A stretch of 64,000 bases of DNA from Paraspadella gotoi (lineage: Eukaryota; Animalia; Chaetognatha): the NCBI GenBank assembly GCA_051294375.1, contig CM119263.1, forward strand, positions 14,869,574 to 14,933,573, given 5' to 3'. The notes below the pieces were generated by a model, which was not told the origin of the DNA, searched no databases, and saw only the letters and a list, made by a program, of their open reading frames with translations. A program made the translations under genes and the position numbers. Within the stretch, counting starts at the first letter, position 1; the number at the start of each line of letters is the position of its first letter. Of the stretch, positions 40,217-53,100 are shown in pieces.

Positions 40217-41146
40217 AAGAAATGACCTTGGTAGGAATAGGCAGTAGTCATTAAAAAAACACCATCAGTGAATTTTGACCAAAGACCCAAATAAATTGGG
40301 TAGCTCCCCCCTGCCTTCTGTCAGTTCAGTTCATGGAAGACGGGGTTCCAAGCATCGGTTTTTATGTAGGCCCCCCAGTCCTCGTTGAGTCCCTCTCCTG
40401 GGCCGCTGCTGTGCCGTCTGATTTCCAAAGCTTCACGAATTTTGGTATCATAAATAAGTTTTTTTTTTTTTTTTTCCGGACATTGTCTTGACCACGGTGG
40501 CGTTCGTAAAATCCGGTGTAAGGTGGCAGTGCTCATAATGCTGCGAGATGCCCGAATGGTGCCACTCTTTTTTTTCAATGGCTCGGGAATGCTCCTTCCA
40601 TCTTGTCTTGAAACTCCTAGTTGTTTGGCCTATGTAAACGGCCTTGTCGGAGCATGGGCAATGATATTTGTATATACCTTTTTTAAGTTCAGGATCTGGA
40701 TGGGTTTTATTTTTGCTGCAAAGAATGTCTTTGAGTTTGGCTCCTGAGGTAAAACATGCGTTGATACCGGCTTGGATAAAGATCTTTTGAGTGAGTAACC
40801 CAAGTTGGGTATGTATGGAATGCATGCAAATGGGCGTGTCTCTTCCTCATGAAGGTTTTCATCTCGAAAAGGAAGGACATCAAATAAATTTTTAGGAATA
40901 CCATCAGAGTCACAGGGGAAGTTACTTTTGCGTGCGCTGCGGGTTTGTTTTGTTTTTGTGATTTGCGTTGTGATTGAGAGGGGGAGGATGGTAAGATGAT
41001 GCAATTTGTTCTAATTTTGGTCTATTATGGCCATTATCTTCATACATGTCTAAGGCAAAATTAATCTCTTTTTTTGTTTGTGTTTTGGTCAAAATTCACT
41101 GATGGTGTTTTTTTAATGACTACTGCCTATTCCTACCAAGGTCATT

Positions 41147-41190
<44 letters not shown>

Positions 41191-44100
41191 CCCTTTCTCT
41201 CTATACTCTTTTAAACAAATCATTTTTCTCGGTTTTTCACTTTCTGCCCCTGATGATGACTTAGCAACATAAGTCGAAATATTTGGGAAAAAAAAAAAAA
41301 TTCGTTTGTTAATGCACTTTTCTCCATGATGAAAATATAACTTTATATTAAATTATTAGTGCTTGCGATGACGTTAAAAGAATATTATCAAATATATTTT
41401 TTGGCCGGAAAATAGGTTTTAATATGTAATATGGCCTGCCTAGGACTGAATAAAAAGATTATTTTTCAACAGCATAAAATTATTTAATTCATTCAAATAC
41501 TTCCAAAAGGGGTTGTCTCCAAATTTTTTCACCTCTTTTTTATCAAGAGGACTACTCACATTATTATTAATATTATATCTTTGACATAATATTTTTTATC
41601 AGATTTAGGGCAAAAAGTGGTCCTTGGCAAGCTGTAAAAAAGATTGATCCAGGCTTGAGTTGTTATTACATAATGTGATGATGCATTGTCTTTTATTTTA
41701 ACAAAATCTTGATTTTTCTTTTTTTTTTACTTGTTTGATATTTGGTTCTGATAATAGATCCAGAGGTAAATAAAAATGATAACTTTGCTTATAGAAAAAT
41801 TACCCAGAGCACTATACACAATAATACTTTACAATATAAAAAAAATATTCTGAAGCATCTACAGCATTAGTGTATTTTTAATACCGCTATTTTTTTGACA
41901 TATGAATTAAGATTCATCCTGAATCCTATCTTAATAGAGATATGCAATAACTATTTGACATAAGACTAAGAAAAGGGAAGGATTTTTAAAATAATGGTTT
42001 CACTGAAAAAGTAATAAAAATAACTAGAAATTAATATAAATAAAAATATAGATATAAAAAATATTAAAAAAAAAAAGTAACTTTTTTGGACAACTCATTT
42101 TCTTTTGCATGGAACTCTTGTATATTTTGTCATACATAAATGAGACACAGCTCATATAAATCACAAAAGCTAAAAGTTTTTTGATATGTAAGTTTTATTT
42201 TTTAATTCTTACATTAAAACGCCGAAAAATAGCTGGAAAGTAACCGCGACAATTTTTTGATGACGGAAAATATCACAGGGCCTCGCTATCGAGCCAGAAC
42301 GACAGAGGGGGGATGTATGATGGACTAAAATCCACCAACCGTTCTTCAGTGGCCATTGGTGCATGAGGCAAGTCATTCACCATCCAATCCAAAGGTCCAG
42401 GGTTCTTGCCGGCCTAGCTTAACCCGACTGTAACACGCTGATAAAGCCTGATCCGAATCTCAGGGACTGCTTATATTAATCGGTTCTGTCACTAACTCAT
42501 AACAATTATTACTGTTTCTGCAGTTGTTTGTAAAAAATAAATACTTTGTTTTTCTATATATTACTTAAATTATATAAAAATACACATACCCGGATAGAAA
42601 GTATCGAAAAAAGAATGCTCTATAGCAGGAACAAGGGTGACTTTCAGGTAGTTCCATGAAAAAAGGGCAGGTGGGTTCCTTGAGGAAGAAAAAGTTGGCA
42701 TGGTCAGAGTCAGAGATCGCTGTGAGAGTTTTATACTCGATATTTATGTATTCCCGAGAGTAAAACTTATGGATCCATTGATCGTGACGGCACTGCACAT
42801 AGGGTTTTGGACCTGTATCATTAATTCCTACAAATTGAAAGAATCAGTGTTGATCATACATCCTTATACAATAAGAGTGAACCAGGAGACACGCACTTAC
42901 CTGGTTGGCAAAGGACGAGGAGCCATAGGCAACCGGTGGTGTGGATAATAGAGAACAGTGCAAAAATGAGAGAAATAAAGATATGAGTTCTATTTTTTTT
43001 GGGAAAAATCTCTTTGAAGGCGATAAAAGCTCTTTTGTAAGAAATCGCCCGGAGCATTCTTAAGCTCCTCACAGCAATGAGTACAATTCGTTCTTGGGAT
43101 TGGACGTTGGGTACTGAGATTAAGGGCCACACGAATAACTAAGAAAAATCAATAATTATTTGTATTTTTTTATTATTTAAGATTTGAATTTTAATCTAAA
43201 AAAATCGGGAGTTATTTTGTAAGAAAAAAACCAATAACATTAAGTATTAAATCTACGAATCAATAAATTAAACTAAGCTGCTTAAAATACAGTTCACTAA
43301 ATTACTACCAATTTTTTTAAATAAAAATAATACTAATAATAATTCAAAGTAGTCATAACTGATTTAAAGAAATTTGACCTCTAAAGGAAATAAAGTAACG
43401 AAATCCCACAAAGCTTCTGTTTTTTTCCAATGTCTCCAAATCATAGTCTGATTCCTAAGTGCTACTCCATCTTCATAAATATAGATATTTAGTCGCAAGT
43501 ACCAGTCGACAATTAAAAAGGTATCTAACAGCCCAATTATGAAGCATAATTGTTGGTCTACTGAGATTAAAACACATTGTAGAAGCAAGATGCCGGTGGA
43601 CGCATAAAGTAAAATTAAACGAGCGACAAAAAGAGAAAAACCCAGTTTCCCGTAAGGCGAAAAGGTACGTTCCAGAAACCAACAATACCTAAGATGTTCC
43701 ACATATCGCCGATCTTGCTTGTCAATATTTTGGTTTTTGCGGATAGTACAGGAGGTCGCGTTGGTGAATTGAAAAGGTTCCAACAACGCCTCAACATTTT
43801 GCGCGTGAATAGCTATTTTGTCTTTGGTGGCGATTTCCTCCTGCGCTGCTGCAACAAACTCCTCCAGTTCCATAAATGCCCCTTCGAAAAGATGCTTTTC
43901 TTTCGGACACCGTCGAAGGGAACGGATAAACATGGAGGCGTCCACCCAGAATCCTCGAACATAAGTGTGCGTCACTGCTGTGGAGAGGTGCTGCCCGGCC
44001 CAAAGGCTCGCCATGCCGACTGAGCTGCCCGGACCTTTCACCATGACTTTTCCCAATAAGTCGATTTGCAGGCAGTAACCTTTCGCGATGATGAAATAAC

Positions 44101-47100
44101 TGAGGGGTAAAAAAGGGACTCAGAGAGAGAGAGAGAGAGAGAATTCATGGCTAGAATCTTTTGGTAAATGACGGCAATGAAAGGCAAAATACATTTTGGC
44201 AAAGGTTGCTGTTTACTGATACATGATCTAGTAAATTTCGGGGAAATATTTGATGAAATTTATATTAAATGATTGTTTTGGAATTAAAATAATCAAGCTG
44301 ACATACCCGAGGAAAAGATCGCCAGCTCGAAACATGTAGGTCTTGGGAGGAAAGATCAAATAACTCGATGATTCTACGAGACTTATCGTCATAGTCGCGT
44401 TACAGAAAAAGCACTGATCTTTGATGTACTGCTTTTGCTCATGAGTGATACGAATTCGATGTGGGATAGAGTAAAGGAGCTTAGCCTCGTTCCGCATGGT
44501 CGTTCGATTAGTACCCAAGTAGCACAAGCTTAGATAATCATTGACCTCATTAGATGTCACTGCATCGACGTTCAGCTGTCGCATGACGGCTTTAATAGAT
44601 TCCAGCTTGGTAAATATCTGAGTTACGGGTAAGACGTTTGCGGTCTCGTGAGCAGTTATTTTGGCATTAACGATAGCGAGGATAAACATGCCAATGATAG
44701 TGACGATCACCATGCTCCAATAATAGCCGTATGTTCCCGGCAGATAGGCTATCACGTCAGAACCCTCAGTTGTTGCGATGCTAAACAATGATAATAAGTA
44801 CCGCAAGTAAAAATCGTAATAGGGGAAACTCTCGGATTCATAATACGAACTCTCTGCCAACTGAGTTTCCCAATCTTGCGTGCAAAGAAAATGAAAATTT
44901 ATTAAGAATATTAAATAAGTTCGCGATTTCTCCACGACCTCTTTCGAGTGTTTATCAGAAACAGAGAGATAATATTGAATAGCGTCGAGATTATTGTTGA
45001 ACAATCCCGCGAAAGGGTCCTCCACATCCCACTGTGAATTGTTGATATTGAGGCGCATCAACCATTTATTAGTTAATTTGTAAACGTATCTTTCCATTTC
45101 CGTCATTGTCTTTCCCCATTCCTTCTGGAGGTTGGAACAGAGGCTCTCTTCGACTTTGGGACCACGATTGGCAATCCAGTAGAAGTAAGCACAAAGATAT
45201 TCCAGTCTGCAGCAAATTGGTATTAATTAATACTAAAATTGAAACATAAAATGGTTTAGTAAAGTATCTATCGGTACGTTTTGAGAAAGGAAGAGAAGAT
45301 AAGAAAAAGGACGAAAAAGAAAAGAAAAGAAAAGAAAATGAAAGAAGAAAAGGAAGAGAAGAGAAGAAAAAAAATACGAAAAATAAAAGAATAGAAAAAA
45401 GAAAAGAAAAGAAAAAGAAGAGAAAAGAGAAAAAAAATAAAATAAAACCAATAAATAAAATTTAAATGAAATAAATAATAAAGAAATTCATAATATTTTT
45501 GTTCTTAATCTTTTGTCGAAATTAAACTGTTTGAAGCCTACTGGACTGACATCTTGGAATTTTTTTAGACAAAGTAAAGTTAAAATAAAAATGTAAGGGG
45601 CAATGTGGAATCCACTTATTTTGTATTGTGGACAGAGTGGAGCACTGGGGAACACAAATTTTATTTGAGTGAACAAACAAAGATATTTAGACGTGAGATA
45701 ATATGATTAATAAAGCGTAGTAAAAATTCTAAATTTAATTTTAATTAAAATTCTAAGAGTGAGGAACGAACAACATTATACTAATGAAGATTTTTATATA
45801 AAAAAATTTTATAATAAATTTTATAATTTACGCAGTAAGCCATATTTATATTGGTACTAATCCAATAAATGTTAAAATTTTAAAATAGTTTTTTGTAAGA
45901 TATTTTTGCAGATTTGGATTCGTCATGAAAAGTTGATATAAAAAAATATAACTTTTTTTAAAAAATTCTTTTATTAAGTTGATCAAATATAAAAAAAACT
46001 TATATTTTAAGCTGAAAATTAAATTTTTATATGAAATTGGTACAACCAATATAAAAATTATCCATTCATATATATATATATATATATATTCATATATTAA
46101 ATATAGTTTTTTTAATTTTTAACCCACTTAATGAAAAAAAATTTTAAAAATGATTTATATTTTCTTTTATCAACTTTTGATGAGGAATTCAAATCTGCAA
46201 TCAAAATTAAGCCTATTTTGAAATTTTTTAATTTTATAAGGATAGTACTATATATAAATATAACTTACTGCGAAAATTGAAGAATAAAATTAATTTTTTT
46301 ATAAATTAATGTTTACTGTTGGTATATTATTTATAATTGACATTTAGAATTTTCTTATGAAATTGGTACAACCAATATAAAAATTATCCATTCATTTAAT
46401 AAATAAGCTATCTTGCCCCTGACTTTGGACAGGCTTTGGTGGTTTAAGGCCTCCATCACTCTTACAAGATAATGACATAGCAGGTCCCTGCAAGCTTTCA
46501 ATCAAGACTCTTTCACAGTCTCGTTTATTCACTCCCAGAGTACCTGGCTTCCCTATCAATGAAGTGGAAAATATTTCAAAGAAAGTTTCAATTGTATGAA
46601 AAGACCACTCCCTTAAGTATTAGATCGGGGAATACTTATTGTACTCCGCACTAGCATCAAAATACAAGGAGCTGAATTTTATGAAATTGGTACAACCAAT
46701 ATAAAAATTATCCATTCATTTAATAAATAAGCTATCTTGCCCCTGACTTTGGACAGGCTTTGGTGGTTTAAGGCCTCCATCACTCTTACAAGATAATGAC
46801 ATAGCAGGTCCTGCAAGCTTTCAATCAAGACTCTTTCACAGTCTCGTTTATTCACTCCCAGAGTACCTGGCTTCCCTATCAATGAAGTGGAAAATATTTC
46901 AAAGAAAGTTTAAGTTGATATGAAAAGATATAACTTTTACTACGCCTTAATGATTAAGGAGTAGAAAAAATATTTTGTTTATGTTGTTTGGGGAACAGTA
47001 TTATTAATTACAATATATTTATAGTAATATCCTTATAGATATATTTCATGATATAGAATATAGATAGATATAGAATATTTGCAATTGATCATTTCACTTC

Positions 47101-50100
47101 TTTTCAAAAACTAAATTCAATGTGTCTTTACCCTTGGCCTATTCTCACCACTGATCACCGTCCTTTCTAAACTCTGTATCGGAAACTTTGCCCTCTCTCT
47201 CTCTCTCCCCTCCTTTAAATGAAAAATTTGTAAATAATTCACAAAACATTTTGGCGCTGATGAAGGCTTGAATTTGAGCCAAAACATGTTCGTCCTTTAA
47301 TTATAAATTGTTGTTGCAAATATTTAAACTGTTTATAATCTACAAACACAGCAAAACAGAAAGGATTTACACATAAAGTAATATCCTTATAAAATCATAA
47401 ATTTTCAATATAATTTTTTAAAAACATTTTTATTAAAGATTCGGATTCTTCATAAAAAGTTAAATCAAAAATATAAAATATGTTATTAAAAATTTAAATT
47501 TCTTCAGAATCAAAAATAAAAAAAAGGTCAAATACTTCACTTTTTACGCTTTGTAATAGAAACTATTATAAGATGAAACGTTTTGATCATTTTTCGCTGC
47601 TTTAACCTAAAAATATCATGTAATATATTTTAAAAAAGTTTTTAAGTTTTTTCCGGCGAATCAGAAACTGTTCTTAAAATTAAAAAAAATATGATTTTAA
47701 AATTTTATAATTTCATAAGGATATTACTATAAAAAAATTTAATTAATGATACTGTTATGCAATTTTGTTTTTAAAAAAGGCTTAATTATTTTTTATTACA
47801 TATACAAAAGCAGCAAAAAGATATTGTTCCATCATTCAATCTTATCATCACTCCACCCTAGTGGACAGTGCGCGAATCGGTACAGTTGCATCCGTCTAAA
47901 ATTTCTGAGATGGCAAGCTCGAGTACAAATGAAAATTTGAAAGCGAGTTTTTGTCTTGATATCGAGTACTTATATTGCTACTCCCCCTTTAGTATTTACC
48001 TTGAGTGGGATTCGAATCCTACCATTCCATTCCGCGTCAAAGTCTTAGTTGTTAACCACTCGGCCATCTCGTTATTTTAAAACAATTTTTTTTTTTCAAA
48101 AACCTTAATATAATTTCTAAATTTTTTTTTTCTTTTTAGTCGGACCTGCTTATATTATATTATAATCCACTTTGTCGGTCCGTCGGTCCGCCCCCTCAAT
48201 CTTGCCGGGCATTAACTTATTTCATGTCAGAACATGATAAACTATGCTGAGAAAGAGTTTGAAATAGTTCTACAACGATTTATAATTAACAGTGGACGAT
48301 TCGACTTTGATTCAAGTCAAGTCATCAGCTAGCAGTACGTCTCTACCTCCACGCGGTGTTCGCGGGAACATCCTTTCGGATGGCAAAAGAGATGGGAGGC
48401 TCAATCAAACAAGGAGAAGGAAAAGTCGAAAGGCGGAATCCCGATCTGTTTTCTTGGGTAACGGAGTGGGTCAAGCCCAGCCGAACTGGTCACCTTCCCC
48501 CTCTTCCTCCCCTTCCCAATCCCCTCCCTCCCTCAACCTCTCTCCCTATATCTTTCCCCACCCTATTTAACAACATTCTGGCTGCAGCCTCTCGGGGCAA
48601 GTCTCAAGTCTACCATCTTAGTCTAAGACTTAGACACCTTTGAGAGTGAGTTAGTCCCTCGTTGGACGAATGCCTTTCAAGTTCAAGTTCATCAGTACTT
48701 GTGAATTGACAGATAATTTCAAATTACAGGAAATGTGTGAGAGAGAGAGAGAAGGAGAGCAAGAGAGAAGAGAGAGAGGGTTACCAACAAAGATTTTGAG
48801 AAAGACACAGTGGTTTAAGTTGAGGAGAGGATAAGCTTAGACCAGAGAGAGAGAGACAGATATTGAAAAGAAACTTGGTATGAGAGAGAGAGAGAGAAAG
48901 AGCGAGAGAGAGACAAAAACAGTGAATCTGGTTATATCAAATTAATACATTTAGTCAATGTACAACAAGGAAATATAAGCAAACTTAAAAAATAAAAGAA
49001 ATAAATTATTAACAATAATTAATTAATTTAAAGATAATGAAATAGAAAAGGAAATTCATCTAAGTTGTGAGGGATAGCAAAGAATATAGTGAGTGAAAAA
49101 TTAAGATAAAGAAAGAACATTTCCTAAATTTCAAACATTAAAAATAAGCCAAATATTCGCTTTCTTCTTCGCATTAATCGTCGTCGTCGCGACATTCCGT
49201 CGCGAATCGGGAAACTTGGGACTCTTTGATGTCGGACGTTGAGCCATTCTGCCCTACTGCGAGTCTGCGACGCCCGCGTTGGCCACCGCGAACGCCAATA
49301 CAATTATATTTCATATAACATATTCAGAGATAACGATTTCAAACACCGATTTTTTTTTATGGCTGCATACACTGCGCCACGCTAACTTTCATCAAAATAA
49401 CAAAATAACCAGAAAACGATTTGGCCGAATGCATGTTAACATTAATGAATTTTTTGTTCCCCCCAAAAAAATTAAAAGCGAACCTACAGCCTTATATAAT
49501 TTAATTTGAACTTATATTTTTGCAATCTTTTGGCCGAGTGCTTAGCGCGCCGGATTTCAACCTTACGAAAAGGTTGCAGGTTCAAATCTGGCTGAAGTCA
49601 TTTTTTACCATAAGTTCTGATGTCCCAAAATTGGTCGTAGAGCAATGGCTTACTGAAGGGGGAGTAGCCATATGTGTACTCGATTTCAAGACAAAAACTC
49701 CCTTTCAAATTATCATTTATATGCGTTTTATTTCGAATTCAACAAGGTTGATTCAGTACATACAGGAGCATCAAAACAAAGCTAAGTCTAAAGACAAAAC
49801 AAAGTTAAAGATTGCGTGAAAACCACCACCACAGACAAAAAAGGTCCGAGTTACAGAGCTTGCCGTCTCAGAAATTCTAGACGGATGCTACTGTATCTTT
49901 TGTGCCCTGGGCTTGAGGGTTTTCCATGCCCCCAGGGGGGTTTACGGCCGTCCTCACGCTTCCCACAGGGAAGTACTGAGAAGGTGTGAACTTGTCGCAA
50001 TGCCCAACTACAGATACGATAGTAAAAATTAAGCGTCCTTGGGCCACGACAAAATAAGTTACATGAACAAATGAAAAAAGGACGCCCTCGCCAGAGGAAA

Positions 50101-53100
50101 CAACTTACCGAGCTACGTAGTGACAAATCATCAGGAGACAGATGATAGACAAAATTAAAAATGGAAAGATCTGTTGACGAAAACGAATGTGCATATTGAT
50201 AACTTCTCGAAGTCGCATGAACTTTAGTCCGAGCCAGAGGGTCGAAACAAATTTGATAGAGGTGGAAAACCCCTGGTACTTGGGGCTGAGTTTACGCTTC
50301 AACAGCTCCATTCCGGAAACCAAGCCATAAGGAGTTGAAATCGCCGTCAAAAACCATATGATTAAGTCGCAAAAGCAAACGGCCGTCATTAACAAGGAAA
50401 ACGAGTAGACGAACTTGTTGACAGCGTCGGCTTTGTTCTCTCTCCATAATCTGTTATTAAAGGGTATTTTATGAAAACGGGAAGGTCGCGTGATTTCAAG
50501 AATAATTTTCATAATTTTCACTTCCGCCCCTAGAACTCGAGGAGCGACAAGTTACTTTTTTTATTTAACTACACATAATGTACACATAAACTACTATTTA
50601 AATTCTACTGTGTATTGAAAATGTAGATAGTTATTATTTGGATTTTGTGATTTCACGGTGTAAATAATTACTTGCATTGAACTGTCATTTGAAAGTAGAT
50701 AATATTAATTTTGGGTATACTAATTTAAGTTTCTCTGTTTATTTCAGCTCTCGGCTCATTAGCGCCCAGGGAAAAAGAATCCTGTAAAAAAGCTTGCTAG
50801 TGAAGGAACTGTAGAAACTGAGCTAACCGCGGCAAAACACGGCAAGAAACATTTTCGGCGAACTTAAGTGTTTATAAAAGTGATTTTTGCGTCGCGTATC
50901 GTCAGTGCCTCAGCGTCGCGGCGCCGCGTCGCATCTCGGCGGCGCCACCTCGTATCGCGGCGTCAAAGATTTTCACTTCACACTTCACTCACTTTCCCTC
51001 TCTCTTCTCGATCTCTAATGACATCGTTGTTTCTTGTTTGAAAATAAATTATTATTTACATTACTTTTCGTCCTAAAAAAAATCCTAAATTTCTCTTTCT
51101 CTTTCGTTGTGTTTTGACAACAGCAAATGTTTTTAGTCAAAATAAAGAACGTTTTGGTTCTTTTGTGAACCTTTCTCAAAGCAAAACTTTGCTGTTGTCG
51201 AAACAAATCAAATGAAAATTTTTTTTCTAATCATAAAAAATAAAATTGGATACAATTTATACATTTAATTTATATAATATGTACATTAACATTATACAAT
51301 TCATACATTATACATTATACTATATAACATAATAATTATGAAAATTTACAAAATTACTTGTTCCACTATCTTATATTCTTTTATTTTATGAAGGTTTTAC
51401 TATTTAATCTATATTATTTAATTTATATATATAATATTATATATTGCTTTTTTAAAAATTTTTACTTATATCTATCAACTCATTTTGGGAGGGGGAGCTC
51501 AGTATTGTCTTCTGGAAATAGAGAAATAGAGCAGACAACACAAGGTTAGACTACAATCTGTCCTAGTTTATGAAATTGGTACAACCAATATAAAAATTAT
51601 CCATTCATTTAATAAATAAGCTATCTTGCCTCTGCCTCTGCCTTTGGACAGGCTTTGGTGGTTTAAGGCCTCCATCACTCTTACAAGATATGACATATCA
51701 CATATGTTATTCAATACCTGTAATATGCTACAGGATTGTTAGGCCATATCACGTCACTGAGGCCAATAGTTCTTAAATTGCCCATGTCTTGTGGTCGCAT
51801 ATCATATAACCCGATTATACCACTGAATATACCAAGAACTCCCATAACATATGACCACATTCTTAGAAATTTCATCCCATCGTGAAGTTGCCAGTTGCAT
51901 TTAATACGTCGCCGCTTAACTATGCGTGCTTTGTGGCTGAATGTATTTAAACCCTCCGCAAACGGATCATGTGGTACGTTAAAGGGAGGACCATAGTTGT
52001 TAAAATTAATAGCCGACTGAACAAAAAACTTCGGTCTCCGGGAATCAAGACGTTCGTGAAATCGGCAATCTTGAATCTATGCGAGAATAAAAAAAAATCA
52101 AAATAACATATCATATCAATAATTCCGTCCTCCACTGTACTGTATTAAATTTTAATTGTTAGATTGTAGAGGTAATTTCTTATGATTGCATACGTTAACT
52201 TTCTTTCACTATTAATGCTTTAAAATTAATATTAATGCAAAGGAGGGCCAGGTATAATGCCCGGGTGTGAGAAATCTTCTGATAGCTGGCGCTCTAGGCT
52301 TTGGACCTGCATTGACCAATACATGACACTGGCGTATTAATAATAATAGTGATACCATCACGCTTAACAAACGTGATCATTAGGGGATTGAACCCGGAAC
52401 TCAACCCACGAACTACAATCGAGGCGAATTTAGGATTCGCCACAATATCTTAATTCTGGAGAACCTTGAGAACGTCCAAATAGTTGACCAAAATAAGCTG
52501 CTTCATCCGAGCAGGAAAGTGTTCAGCCAGTCTTTGATAACGATTCCTGTGAAGCATCCAAATCTCACAATTGGTAGATGTCTGTAGCAGGAGTGGCGAA
52601 GGCATGCTCTTGACGAGACCCAATTCTCCGAAAAAGTCACCAGGGCCAAGTTTGACCATCGCACCAAGATCAACATCCGGGTGAATAGCATATATATGAC
52701 CTCTGTGTATGTACCCAATTCCTCTAGGAATCTCCTTATCCTTGACTACGGTCTCGCCAGCCATATAATACTCGGTCTGAAAACAATTTAGAGATTAATT
52801 ACTCGACCAATTTTAGTTTTTATAGTGATTAAAGCGTAAATAAATAAATTTAAAAAAATTAATTAATAATAAATAATAAATAAAAATGTAAATAAATAAA
52901 TAAAAATGTAAATGCAGAAAAACTGGAAAGATGTTTTTAGCCAGTCGGTCCGCCCCCTCAATCTTGTCGTGCATTCACTTATATCATGACAGAACATCGA
53001 ATTATGATAAATTATGCAAAAAAAAAATGGTGTCCGTCCGTCCGTCCCACCTTATCAAAAAACACCAATTATTCGTGATTGGAGGGATGGATCAGTCAAT

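Larger units (their letters stand above)
40014..41351 (-). mobile_element. 5'-truncated Penelope-like retroelement with inverted pseudo-LTRs (40014-40283 and 41084-41351)
   Basis: ~270-bp near-perfect inverted repeats flank a GIY-YIG endonuclease remnant, and each repeat carries a hammerhead motif. Confidence 0.9.
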
